DNA of 64,000 nt from Moniliella sp. 'wahieum'. Taxonomy: Eukaryota. The first letter of the stretch is position 1, and every line of letters begins with the position of its first letter. The notes beneath the pieces are model-generated. The model ran no database searches. It was given only the letters and a program-made list of their open reading frames with translations, and was not told where the DNA came from. The stretch is taken from positions 124,001-188,000 of the forward strand of contig RSEE01000057.1 in assembly GCA_003971905.1 (NCBI GenBank), written 5' to 3'. Made by a program: the position numbers and the translations under genes. Positions 23,490-37,140 of the stretch are shown piece by piece.

Positions 23490-26248
23490 GCCCGACGGCG
23501 GGTCAGGCAAAACAGAGAGTTGAGCAGCTTTCGCTTGCCATAGTTGACGTTCACGTTCGCGCTCGCCCACGGGGCGGAACAGAATGGGCAGCGATACAGT
23601 GTCCTGATCCGGGGGGAACCAAGCCGGAGGTTGTGCATCCAACGAAGGCCGATCGACCCATACTCCCGGAGCAGTGGGAACACCTTGGAGTAACCGTTGT
23701 TCCGCATCGGCCAAGGCGCTCGTCTCGCGGCCACAGTTGCACCGCAGGCGCGAAGTAAGTGTTGGACCGGTAAAGAACGGAGGGTGGGACCAAGATGGCG
23801 TTGGCACCTCTTCCCCTCTCCCTCTCCCTCCCTCTCCGTCCCCATCTCCATCTCCATCTCCATCTCCATCTCCATCTCCATCTCGATCCGCATGTCCTTT
23901 GGTGCCAGCCTCAGCGTCCGTGTCGGCCTCCGCATCGGGGCTGGGATTTTGGACTTGACCTTGGTAGGGGCCGCGGAGACCGGATCTTGTCTGTTGGGCG
24001 TCAGGAGGCCCAGTACGGCACGTGGGGTGGTATGATACGAATGCCGTGTGAGCAGGGCTGGGCGTGGTTTGGTAGTCGTAGTCGATGACAGGGGGGTGGC
24101 GCTGCCCGACCGCGTGCGGCGGTGGAACGGGTACATGCTCTGGCTCGAACTTGTCTTGGTAAGGGGAGGACGGCCACGCAGAGGCGGTGTGCCGGTTGTG
24201 GTACCAATAGGGCTGAGGGCGGGGCGGTCCAAGTGAGCGGAAATGAACGGGTGTAAGGCGGTACGGCTGGGGCGGCGGGGCTCGGCTCGATGCGGAGAAG
24301 AGCGGCGGGAACGGCGACCTGATTTGAATGCGGCAGCCAGACTGGCTCGCAGATTGTGTCCTTCCTGGCCTTCATGTCCTTCATGTCCTTCTTGTCCTTC
24401 ATGTCCTTCGTGTTCGGGGGACGGGTTGCGGGAGTGGGGACCGAGTGGGAGGAAGGGCGGGAAGGGCGGGAAGGGCGGGAGTGAGAAACTGAATGAGAGG
24501 AAGGATGGTGGGTCGAGGCAAGCGGGGAAACGGCGGTTGGGGTGGATGGATCTGTCTCTGCACGCCGGGGGGTGGGCCGGTGCCCGGCTAGTACGTCAAG
24601 TGCCGGGGAAGTGGCGTAAGCGCGGTGAGAGCCGGCAGGAGGTGAAGGAGGGTGAGAAGGCATGGGCGACTCGAGCGAGTACGGGGGCAGATGAATGGTA
24701 TCGTGTGTACACGCGCAGGAAGGAATAGCAATTGCCCGACGCATGCAAAAGACCTGAACTTTGGGTAAACCAAAGCTTTCACTGTTGGCTCGATCATCAA
24801 GGACTGAAATGCGAGAAAAGAAGATCTCAACACCGATTTCGTGGCTGATCCGAATGTCCGTCTTGGACCCACGCACCGTGCTGGGACGGATGACGCGATG
24901 GTCAGGAAGACGAATGATGTTCTTGAGCGTATACCCGGGTGAATCGAGATCGCTTGGCATCTGCGGTGGGCCGGCCGGGCTGTGGTGAGCAAATGTGCCA
25001 GCCAAAGCAGTGCCAAACGGGCACATGTTCGGTCCTCCTTCTCCTGCGCCGCGACCAGGAGTGCCTGCGATGGGGTCACCATCGGGGGTGGTGCGGGCAA
25101 ACCAGATGGTATTGTCATCAGACGAGCCGTCCTGAGTTGAGCGATATGGCATGCGCCCTTTTTCCCACAGCCGTAGTTTTTCGGTTGGGAGCTGCACCAC
25201 GCCTTGCGCTGTGCGCCGTAGAGTTCCATCGTTTGTTGTAGAAAAACACGGATGACGTGCACTGAAAGGCCAGGAGGAGGATCTGGGTGGGTAACCTGCA
25301 CCGATGCTATCCCACCCACCGTCAGGGAGGCTGAGATAAGGGCAATGGAGATGGGACCAAGGGCTCGGTGAACATCATGGTACTGTAGATCCAGCGACGT
25401 AGGCCCACCATCGGGCTGCACCTGCACAATCACAAATACGTCCTGGTGGGTCGAAATATCGCTTTTCCCCCATTGCATCCAGCACCTAGAGCGGTGGCGG
25501 TAAGGACGTAGCGGAGACGCGCATGCTTCGTCCGCTCAAACGCCGGGCTAGTGGAGGGGATAATGAATGCAAACTCAAATCTGGAAAAGGATGAGGACAC
25601 CCCCAAGTCGGTCGTCAGTCAGTCTGTCCCAGGTCCTACCTTCGCCTATCAATACCAGAAGATAGAGTAGCAGCGTACCCATGTACTCCAGACGTAAGAT
25701 GGAGTCCTTCCTGTTTGACGTTGACGGACGCAGCATGGCTCACGTCCAGCGCACCCACACCAGAGTTGGCAGGTGCGGTGGAAGAGAGTTCCATCTCATC
25801 GGCTTGATGCGCATCAGGGCGGGAGATGATGTCAAACTCGTCGGAAGAGGGCGGGGGCACGTCAGGGGAAGGGAGTGCGCCAGGATGAGACTGGACGGGA
25901 ACTTGGGTGGGGGCAGTACGTCGGGATGCAGCAAGGGCGCCCAGGCGGGTGGAACGGGAGGAGCGGGACACATCCAGGATCTCGACAGTCTTGTTCATCA
26001 CGATCTTGTCCTCATACCGTATCTTTTGGGGGTCATTCGGTTCGGGAAACGCGAGGGTCTGGATGCCGCGCAGACTCACACACACCAGAGATGGTGCGTT
26101 CCGAGGGGCAGAGGAGCTCGACGAGGCCACTGAGGGTCTTGTCGTGGCCAGGCTGGCGAGCACGCGGCGGGGGCGGATGGATGTAAAGGTCGGGGGAGGT
26201 GACGTGGATGGCCAGTTGGCACGGCTGCGTGCGGCTAATGGGTGGCAT
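23481..26248 (-). CDS. Alpha-arrestin-like (Rsp5-adaptor-like) protein
   Basis: LSGLVEL, LHLTSGVHG|FEFAFIIPSTSPAFER..H.RLRY.LTA, LPDHRVIRPST...IRISHEIGVEI and LPPY motifs. Intron 25581-25678, several frameshifts, 3' end approximate. Confidence 0.65.
23841..23884 (+). repeat. (CCATCT)n microsatellite
   Basis: About 7 tandem hexamers. Confidence 0.85.
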
Positions 26249-28227
26249 GGCGGGGGAATGGCGGGGCGACGGTATAGCGCTGCGGTCGTGGTGGGGGGTG
26301 GCAGCAATGTGCGTGCTGCAATAGATGAAAACGGAATGGCAGCGGCAGGCCGAATAGCTAATAGTAGGGCTGCTGAGGCCCAAACTGGGTTCTGAGATCT
26401 CGGCCTTTCCCGCCTCGATCGCAGGCGGGGGGAACAGAGTTCGGGAGATAGGATGAAACGATGGCTGCAGTTCTGAGATGCAACATGCAATAGGAGATCC
26501 CGGGGGTTGAAGCGTGCCACGTGAGACAGACTGCCACAGACTGCCACGGGTGGTTCGCACGCTCTCACTCTCCGCAGCAGCTGCGCGTGGCTGCCCGGCT
26601 GCTCCCTTCGGTGCCACGCCTTGCCACTCGCACGCTGCCGTTTCCTGCGGGCCTTCGCCTCCTCCGGCTTACCCCGACGATGCACGCCACGCGTCACGCG
26701 TCACGAGGGTATCACCGGCCCATCACCCATGAGCACCGATGGACGTCGGACAATGGCGAGGCAGTGGCAACGCTCTGGGATGCAAGGCACCTGTCCATGG
26801 CGTCAATATCATGTGACATGGGGTGTGTGATGTCTCGGCCGCTCGCCACCCTGCGGGGCGACGCATGCCTGATGCCTGATGCCTGATGCATGACTTACAT
26901 GTTGCAGTTTGTTTCATCCTGGCATAATCGTAATCAAGCTTCACGCAATCGTGAGTAAGACGTTTTGATCTTGCAGTCCCGTTGGGGAAAGATACTCGGA
27001 TGGCTGAAAGGGTGTCCGTACAACGAACTCGGCCCCCGCGAAACTACGAGCCACTGGTTACTCACGTGTGACATCACACATCCTCTCCCCCCGCAGCTCC
27101 GTCCGTCGGCTGAGGGTTATATACCTGGAGGCAGTTTGGCTGAGTCCTTTTTGCTTTTGCGCTCTTTTGCGGTGCTGATGCGCCGGCACGTGTGGGGCCA
27201 GATCGGTAGTATGGGAGAGGGAGGGAGGGGAGCATCAGTGAGATGGGCCCAGTTGCATTCGGGAAAAAGGTCAGGAATTAATTGAGAGAGGTATATACTC
27301 TAGATGGAGTGTGAATCGGTGTGGCGGCACTCTCGAACGACCCACACACAGATAGATGTGGGACGACGGATGGCAGGATGGGGTACTCACAGTGTACCAG
27401 TGATGATCGATGAGTACTGCATGCCCTGTGCCTTAAAAAGCCTCCGTACCGATATATATTAACCAGATTAACCACCTCTGCGGGCCACCCAGTGCCACCC
27501 CCATATATACTACGTTCAACGTTCGTGCACATGAGGGACTGGACGGTGAAATCACCCACACTGCACCCCTGCTGTACCGGGTCCGACCTGGTCTGACAGG
27601 TCCGCTTGTCCGATGCAATAACCTCAGCTCGATCTCAATCCTCTCTCAATTGAATCCCCTTTTCCCATCTTACAACAGATCTCAATCTGCATCGGTACCA
27701 GTACTCAACTCAGGTATCCACAGTCAACACACCTTCAATAAACGACGTTTCCTATAATAACACATCTCCTGGTGCTGTCAATATATCAATCTCGTGCGAT
27801 TGCGATATGCTGGTGCGATGCTGCCCTGCTACCATGCAGCCATGTTTCGGCAGCACTGACCCAGTCTTGCTCAGCGCGGTCCATGTCCTTCTATAAATGT
27901 GTGGCTACCGGCTACTGTGACGTTGCGAAAAATCTCTCCCACAGCAAAAACACGTCCCGGTCTTCATCAACGTGTGCGCAACACACTACACCACAGGGCG
28001 GTGGTCATCTGACCGGCATGACCGATCATGTACATGTCGGTCATGAACAGGAGCGAGCTGGGTCCCTATAGGGAGCCTAGAAACTGGGATGAAGGTTCAC
28101 CGTGACCGTAGTGTCACATACTCTTCCTCAAGCGGAGACCAAACGTCAGCGTCGGGTTTCTAGAGTGGAGCAAACCATTATGTCGCAGCAAGATATGTCA
28201 TCAAGGGCTTCATCATGCATCACAGCT

Positions 28228-28314
28228 TCTCCGATAGTTTAGTGGCTATGACACGTCCCTGTCATGTTTCTTGGGCGTGCGGACGAGACCCGGGTTCGAT
28301 TCCCGGTCGGAGAG
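28228..28314 (+). tRNA. tRNA-Asp(GTC) with a 15-nt intron (28265-28279)
   Basis: Acceptor stem TCTCCGA/TCGGAGA, D arm AGTTTAGTGG, anticodon stem CGTCC/GGACG around CTGTCA^C, T loop GGTTCGATTCC, discriminator G. Confidence 0.95.
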
Positions 28315-28317
28315 ATC

Positions 28318-28324
28318 TTTTTTT
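28318..28324 (+). terminator. RNA polymerase III T-tract terminator
   Basis: Run of 7 T immediately after the tRNA. Confidence 0.8.
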
Positions 28325-28697
28325 AAAGCCAGAGCCCATTTCGAACTGCAGTGCCTGCTCCTATTAGTTGCGGCACGTGAGCCAGGCGTATTGATCGCCC
28401 GTAGTATTGGCACGTACTGGCGAGAGTCTTCATTGTATGGCCAATCAAGCCTGGTCAGCGCCTTTTGTCTGGGCCGCCCTCTAGTGGAAAGGGGAGAGAC
28501 GTGTGCAACAGCAAACTGGAGAAGCTCTCTCGCCCATATGGCCAGTGTTTGTTATACCTGATGAAGCCTATATATAGCGGCTGAGCGGCTTATCATCATT
28601 GGTACCTATGTATTTCTTCGTCGAAGACAGGGCGTACAGACACAGAGAGTATGGAAGTGACCAAAACGTCCAACTTCCTCTCCTCCTCCGCACACGG

Positions 28698-29864
28698 TTA
28701 CTTGTACAGCTGCTCTTTGTGACCGGAGGACAGTCTCGGTCCAGCGAGCGCGTTGCTCCTCGTCTGTGCCACGGTGACGATGCTGCCAAGTCTGCTTGGC
28801 GTACGTCCAAGTCTCAACGGTAGGGGGCGTCACGCCGTCCTGTTCAAAGTATTCTTGCGACCTTTCAATCGGGCTTTCCTGGATGGTGGAAAGGACAAGA
28901 TCGTTGCGCGGGCGGGAAAAGTAGAGGAGACCGTGCCGTTCAAATTGGCTTTGGTCGCGCGGTGGCAAAACGACACGGTGAATCGTGCTTTTGACATACC
29001 CACCCGTGAGGAAACTAAGCGCATCCGCCGAGTTGACCGTAAATGAAGCCGGGCGCGGGCGGGCGTATTTCCATTCGTTGTCTTGTGGTCCCGGATCTGA
29101 AGACCAGCAACGGGCTGACGATAGAGAAGTGTAAAGGTACCCAAGTCTGTATGGCCACCGACATGCCACTTGTCCTTGAGCACTTCGTACTCCTCTTTCT
29201 TGTACGGCGAGTAGAGCATGTAGCGCAGATGGTCCTCCGTCTTATCGTCGTACCGATGCAAGTCGGACAAGTAATTTTCCGGCAACTCGAGTGCGAGCGA
29301 GAGAAGACGCAAGAGCGGGTCGAGCACTGCGTTGTGCAGCTTGCGTTGAAAAGCCAGCACACGTGTCAATCCGCTGTGCAATGACAGGCGGGTGGACTTG
29401 TGGGAAGGAAGGTTTGGGAATGTTGTAGAAATCCACTTGGTCGCGTAGCCCCGACTCGGGGTCAATCAACGTCCGCCCGGCCGGACGGTAGCCATTGAAC
29501 CGTCCATGGTCGAGGTCGGCTTAAAGCCAACTTTTCTTCCACTGGAAGCTTATGGAACGCCTGGCCAATGGCAAACTGTTCCGCGATCTCCTCTTCCGAC
29601 AGGTCGTAGCCCGTGACGTAAAAGAAACCCCCGTGCGCAACGATTCAAGCAGACGCGCCGCTTGGGCTGCCTTGCCCTCGGCGTGCCCGTCTTGGATAGG
29701 TCAATCGTAGCGAGATCAGCCCAGTCCAGCTCCGCACTCGTCTCCGGCGGAGGGGTGAACTTAGGGAGGACAGCCGGCAGTGCCGGGGACGCGGTAGTAG
29801 TAGTGTCGGCAGCAGTGCCAGAGGCGAGCGAGGCAGGGACAGGGGTAGCAACGGCGGTAGCCAT
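28698..29864 (-). CDS. 2-oxoglutarate/Fe(II)-dependent dioxygenase (IPNS-like, DIOX_N)
   Basis: LDWADLATIDLS, GFFYVTGY, HLRYMLY, GGHTDLGTFTLLYRQPVAGLQI (HxD), KSTIHRVV and RHGLLYFSRP motifs. Several frameshifts. Confidence 0.92.
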
Positions 29865-30684
29865 GGTTGGTTGTAGCTGATGGGGGGAAGTGGATGAAGG
29901 AGATGCGGTTGCTCTCTATATAGCAACTTTGTGGGGAATTCCACTTTCGGAGTAATAGTAATGGTATAGCCGCGGCTGTGTGGGCCTTTTGATGTGGGAG
30001 AGAGACGGGGTTTACCGGCTATAGGAGGTTATCAGTTTCACCGTGTGCATGTGCATGTGCGTATGTGTGCCATCATCCGATTAACGAGACAAGAGAGGTG
30101 CACCACCCGAGAGCGCGAGGGTGGGGGGAGCGAAAGCGGTGGCGCCATGGAACTGTGTAAAAATCGGGACGGGATCCATGTAGTACCACATATTGATAGA
30201 GCTTGCGAACGGAGCTGGAAGGGGTTGCGAGCTTCGCATCTCTCTACTATCTAATAGTCCTAGGGCAGTGGGGGCGCGGGGGGTGATAGTTCGGTGGACG
30301 TTGATATATGATGCATCAACGATTGATTAATGTTCCACCGGAGACCCTCTCTGGCCCCATAAGAATGAGATCAATCGAGGCCTGTGTACGGCTTGAGGTG
30401 CGCACGCCACCCCTTCTGTCCAGCGAGCGGGCACGACATTTTACCCCGTGGTACGCCGGACGACCGTGCGAGCGGAACAATGTGCTTCCGCCTCACCCTT
30501 CGCTCTTCCCCGCTCCGCTTCAAAGTTTCCCGAGGCAGGCTGCTTAGCTCAGCCACGCCGGCACGGGAGCAGCGCTGTTCGCGACCCTGCAGGGAAGGGT
30601 GACGGTTCAGAGGCGATGCATGATTGCCCCTTCATCTCACGCCGCCACCGCGGGCAAACGCGTCGCAACCAATCTGCGTATCCA

Positions 30685-32570
<1,886 letters not shown>

Positions 32571-32815
32571 CGCCATGCGCAATGGCAATCGAGCAATGGC
32601 AATGGCAATGGCACACGAGAGCGAGGGAATCGAGCGCGGGGCGCGCGCAGCACGCAACCCTAGGGCGGGTGGGAGGAGGGGCAGGTAGGGTGTCGTAGCA
32701 AGTTCAAGCAAGCCCTTGGTACCCATAGGTAATGCATGAAGGCAGCGAGGAGGACTACAGGCGCTTGCCCAGGCGGGCCTGCGCGTGCTCCGCATATACG
32801 CGTCCCGGCACAGAC

Positions 32816-33871
32816 ATGCCTTCTCCCCGCTGCTGCTGCCCGCGCTCCGCCTCGTCCCCCCGACGACCCTGATGCCCTCTGTCTGTGGCGCCGCCGCCGC
32901 TGGACCCCCGCCGCGCAGTGCTGCTCGTCACTGGCGCATCGCAGGGCCTCGGCCTCGCCATAGCCGAGCAGCTGGCCAGGCTGGCGCCCAGGTCGTCCTC
33001 GTCGCCCGCCGGCCCGCGCAACTCGAGGCAGCATGGGAACACGTCCGCTCCGTCGCTACGGGCCCGCCGCCACTACTGGTGGTAGGGGACGTATCGTCGT
33101 TCGGGGGCTGCGCGCGTAGTTGCCGCCCTGCCCGCGCGCCCGATACAGTGATCTGTGCCGCGGGCGGTGCCAAGCCCGGCTTGTTTCTCGATATGGACGC
33201 TACTGATTTTCACCAGGGCATTCAGACCAACTACCTTACCACCTTGGCCACTGTGCATGCCAGCGCGATCCGGATGCGCCAGGAGCAGGTCCACGGCACC
33301 ATCGTCCTGGTTTCCTCGATGGTCGCGTTTTGTGGTCTGGTAGGTTACGCGCAGTACCAGCCGATGAAAGCTGCGGTACGGGGTGCGTACCCTCCTGCGT
33401 TCTTTTCTTCCTTCTTCCTTCTTCCTTCTTCCTTTTCTTCTTCTTCTGACGCTGACGCTGACGTTGACGTGGGGAGCGGCCCCAGGCTTGGCAGAGACGT
33501 TACGGAGTGAGTTCCTGCTGTATGACATTTCCATCCACTGCTACTTTCCAGCCACCATTCTCAGTCCCGGGTTTGAGCAGGAGGAGAAGACCAAGCCTGC
33601 TGTGCTGCGGGAGATTGAGCAGGCGGATTCGCCCTTGACACCAGCAGTGTGCGCCGCGCGCCTATTGCAAGGGTTTGCGCGCCGGCCATTTTTTCATCAC
33701 GTCCGATTGGCAACCGACTTGTTCCGCGCGCTCGCCGGCCGCATTCAGCCGGGCAACAACAGTGTAGCCGACCCAGCCAAGGCACTCTTGGCTTCCCTTG
33801 CGTTGCCTGTCTGGCGCAAATTGGGCGTCGACGCCATTGTCCGCAAGTACCGCACTGACCCTTCTCCCTGA
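32816..33871 (+). CDS. TSC10: 3-ketodihydrosphingosine reductase (SDR family)
   Basis: VTGASQGLG, ICAAGGAKPGLF, GYAQYQPMKAAVR|GLAETLRSE (YxxxK), FPATILSPGFEQEEKTKP. Intron 33383-33485. Confidence 0.88.
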
Positions 33872-33989
33872 ACTTGCTAACGCGCCCCGTTAATCATGGA
33901 AAGCGTCCAACTGGCAAAACGGGTGGCTGGCTATACAGACTAGACACAGGGGGGGAGTAGAGCCACAAACAAAATGATTGTAACGAAAC

Positions 33990-35461
33990 CTAATGGCGGT
34001 GAGAGAAAAGCGTCAAGTTGTACTTAGCCATGACGTGCTCGGACCTCAACGAGCGACAGAGCGAGTGACTTGCGCCCTGGGTTGCGCCAGAGGGGTAGAT
34101 GTGTCGACTGGCAACGCCACGATCAAACGTGCGCGGCGGGGGGAAGTCTGAACGAAGGTGGAAGGTCCAGTTGCCCGAATGGGCCGCTGGCTCAGGCGCA
34201 TGAGCATGCGAGTTGGTAGACGAATTGGTAGACGAGTGCACGTGGGTTGGGGGGGGAGCGACGGGGCTAGAGGCGCGAGGGCCGTCGGGCTGGCCCGCGA
34301 CGGCGTAGAGCGTACACTGGCTGCAGTGCGAGTAGGGGCGCGGGTCAAAGTCCGGAGAAGGCGACGAATCAGATGCGACTCGGCGCGATGAAGCGTTGTT
34401 GGTCAAGACGCTTGCGAGCAGCGGAGGAGGGTGGGCGCGCCGCGCCCGAAGGAGGAGGAGGGGGAGGAGGTGGTGCAGCGGGCGAGGCGGGTGCCCGTGC
34501 CGGTGCCATACGCGAAGGAGGGGCCGGGTCGTGCGCATCATCGGTGGGGAGGAGCCGTGTTCGCCGGGGGGGCCGGACGACGAGGGCCGGGGGGGGGGGC
34601 GGGGAGAGAGGGAGGAGGAGGAGGCGGGGCTGCGCGTCCAGGAGAGGAGGGGGGGAGGGGGAGGAGCCGCAGGGCTTGACCGTCCAGGAGGTGCAGGAGC
34701 GCGCAGGAACACCTGGCCGTACCGGGGGTGGAGGAGGGCGAGGTGGCGCCGGAGGCGCCGGAGGCACAGCGGTGAGCCAGAGTGTGCACCTGGCCGAACG
34801 GGGGGCGGCGGAGGCGGGGCCGATGGCTTGCCTCCTGGCTTTGGAGGCGGAGGGCGATTCAGTGCCGAAGGTCGCGGAGGGGCAACCGGAGGACGGTGAG
34901 GAGGCGTTGGAGCCGGAGGAGGAGGATCTTCCTGGGACAGGAGGAGCGCGGCCGGGAATCGGCGGGGCGCGGGCCGGGGCCGGGGGTGCGGGAGGGGCAG
35001 GCGCGGGCGGGGGCGGCGGAGCTGACGGTGCAGGGGGGCAGGACGACCAAAAGGTGGCTTTGGAGCTCCCGGGGGCTTGGGGGCAGCCCCAAAGGGCTTC
35101 GGGGCGCGCGGGCCGGAGGGGACGAACCCTCATCGCGGTGAGCAATCATGGTGGACGCACCGGGGCGACCCGTGGCACGGAGCTTGGGCATGCCGCCGGC
35201 AAAGAGACCCGCAAGCGGCTGAGGGGCAGGCGTCATCCTCAGCGACGGATGCCATGGGCCTGGCCGCAGCCGCAGCGCCCGGGACAGGCGGGCGCCGCCG
35301 CCAGGGGGGTGGCGGCTTGCCCAGCGCAGGACGTCCGCCGCCGCCGCCCCTCCACTTGAGACGACGCCACCGCCGCCAGTGTTGGGGCCCGAGCGGTCGT
35401 TGGTCTGGGTCTTCTTGAGGGTGCGCCCGTTCTTGATAGCAGCCTGCAGGGCCGAGTCCAT
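33990..35461 (-). CDS. VRP1: Verprolin/WIP-family WH2 actin regulator
   Basis: ALQAAIKNGRTLKKTQTNDRSGP (WH2), LAGLFAGGMPKLR, polyproline middle region and C-terminal WTF...DFPPPR.F...YPSG. Many indels in G/C runs. Confidence 0.85.
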
Positions 35462-36599
35462 GGTGAGGGCGGAGGTGGTGGTGGTGGTGGGAATAGACGG
35501 CGGGAGCTTCGAAGCGGAAGCGACCCTGAATGTCGGCGGCCACGTGCTCACGCGGGAAGGTGCTAGCACGGGGCCAGTGCCCCCATGGCGTCATGTGAAC
35601 GCGCGGGGCAGTGCGCTGTCGGCGCGGCCTTTGCGAATGCAACCCGCCAGAAGCGCGCACAGGCGGGGTGCTCTCCAACCCTATCCAATGGCCACCTAGG
35701 GTTGTGCGGGATGTAGCCGTCGTTCTCATCAGCCGCTCTGCCAGTGGCACACCCAACGGGACAAGGAGTCCGCCTAGGATGTATTAACAATGCGAACAAC
35801 GGCCGATCGGCTATGCCGCACTCGTCTATATAGAAAGGACCGAGAAGGTCACGTACAAACAGCAGCAGTGTGGGCCACCTCCAAAGGCAGCGAGGATGTG
35901 TAGTCGAACATACTCGAGGCGACAAAACGGAGCTGTTTTTTGTTTGGGTGAAGTATAGGGAAGAGCAGCCGTCATCGTCCGGACAATTCCCTTTTTTTCA
36001 GGAAGCCGTGTATCGATGGCACAGCGGTGACCTCGCATCAAAGACTCAGAAACAGCACAATGATAGTGCCACTTCAAGCTCGTAACAGCCCCACCGCCAA
36101 CCGCGAGAAACCATGGTCTCCTGCGCGTACCCCACCATGTCATCGCACTATGGGCTGTGCCGGAGGAAGGGAGTGCTAGTGTAACATTATAACAACACTT
36201 TTCTGTGAGGAAGGAAGATAACTTCACGTTGGTCGTTGGCCATTGGCCTCCTGACTTGGGTGGGATTGGGCTTCCTGCAGTAAACGTCAGATGGCCGAAC
36301 TTACTGGAGGGAGATGAAGCGATGCCCCCATCATTCCGGCCACAGCGTTACAAATGATGATACGATGTGCATATAGGGTCCGCCGAGAAGAAAGTGAAGG
36401 AAAAAGAGAAAAGCAGAGATCAACATTGGTGAAAATTAGCTGAGCGCGGTATAACCAAGGCTGTGGTTTGGATAAGCCATAAGACGTCATGGAAGGCTGG
36501 GTGATGGAACCGAAGGGAGATACAATCCAGAGACGGTTGAAACAGAATGGTGGGCATGGTAGGACGCTTCCAGGCTTTGAGCACGCTTGGATTCTGGCC

Positions 36600-37140
36600 A
36601 CGGCTATGGTATCAAAACACGAAAAGAAACCCAAAAAGAATGAACGTCCCTAACGGACCCGAGCGATAAATCGCAATGAAATTGCGTGCAGTAAAAGAAC
36701 TAAAGGGCCAGATGTACAGCGGGACATTGCATAGTCCTACGGGAAGACGCTAGAAACATGCAACTTGAATGGACGATGGACATAGTAGTGACGCATTTAA
36801 CAAGGAGATATTGGCACACTTCTCAATCCCCTTGCAAATTAATCAGAGGCACTTGGAAAAAGCTCGGCCAGTGAAGAGTCTCTCATTGCAAAAAAGTCCA
36901 GGATATTACAACCCGCGTTTCTTTTGCTTTACACATCTCCGGACCTATGGAAAGGGGGGATATATAACGGGGGAAGAGACTTTGAAAACCGACAAAACAA
37001 AAGTGACCAGAAGCCTCGCATCAGCTGGAAGCCGTCAACCAATCACTATATGCACGTGGTTGTTTCGTCCCGAAGCCTGAGGAACCTAAGCCATCTTCAG
37101 GCTGGGCATGCCTCTATGGATGAATGTGTTGATTGAAACA
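36600..37140 (+). mobile_element. Possible decayed non-LTR (CRE-like) reverse transcriptase fragment
   Basis: Ordered degenerate motifs SDAFN, TYG, LASAGSRQPITICTWLF (compare SxxGVRQGDPLGPLLF) and ASMDE (compare AYLDD). Confidence 0.3.
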
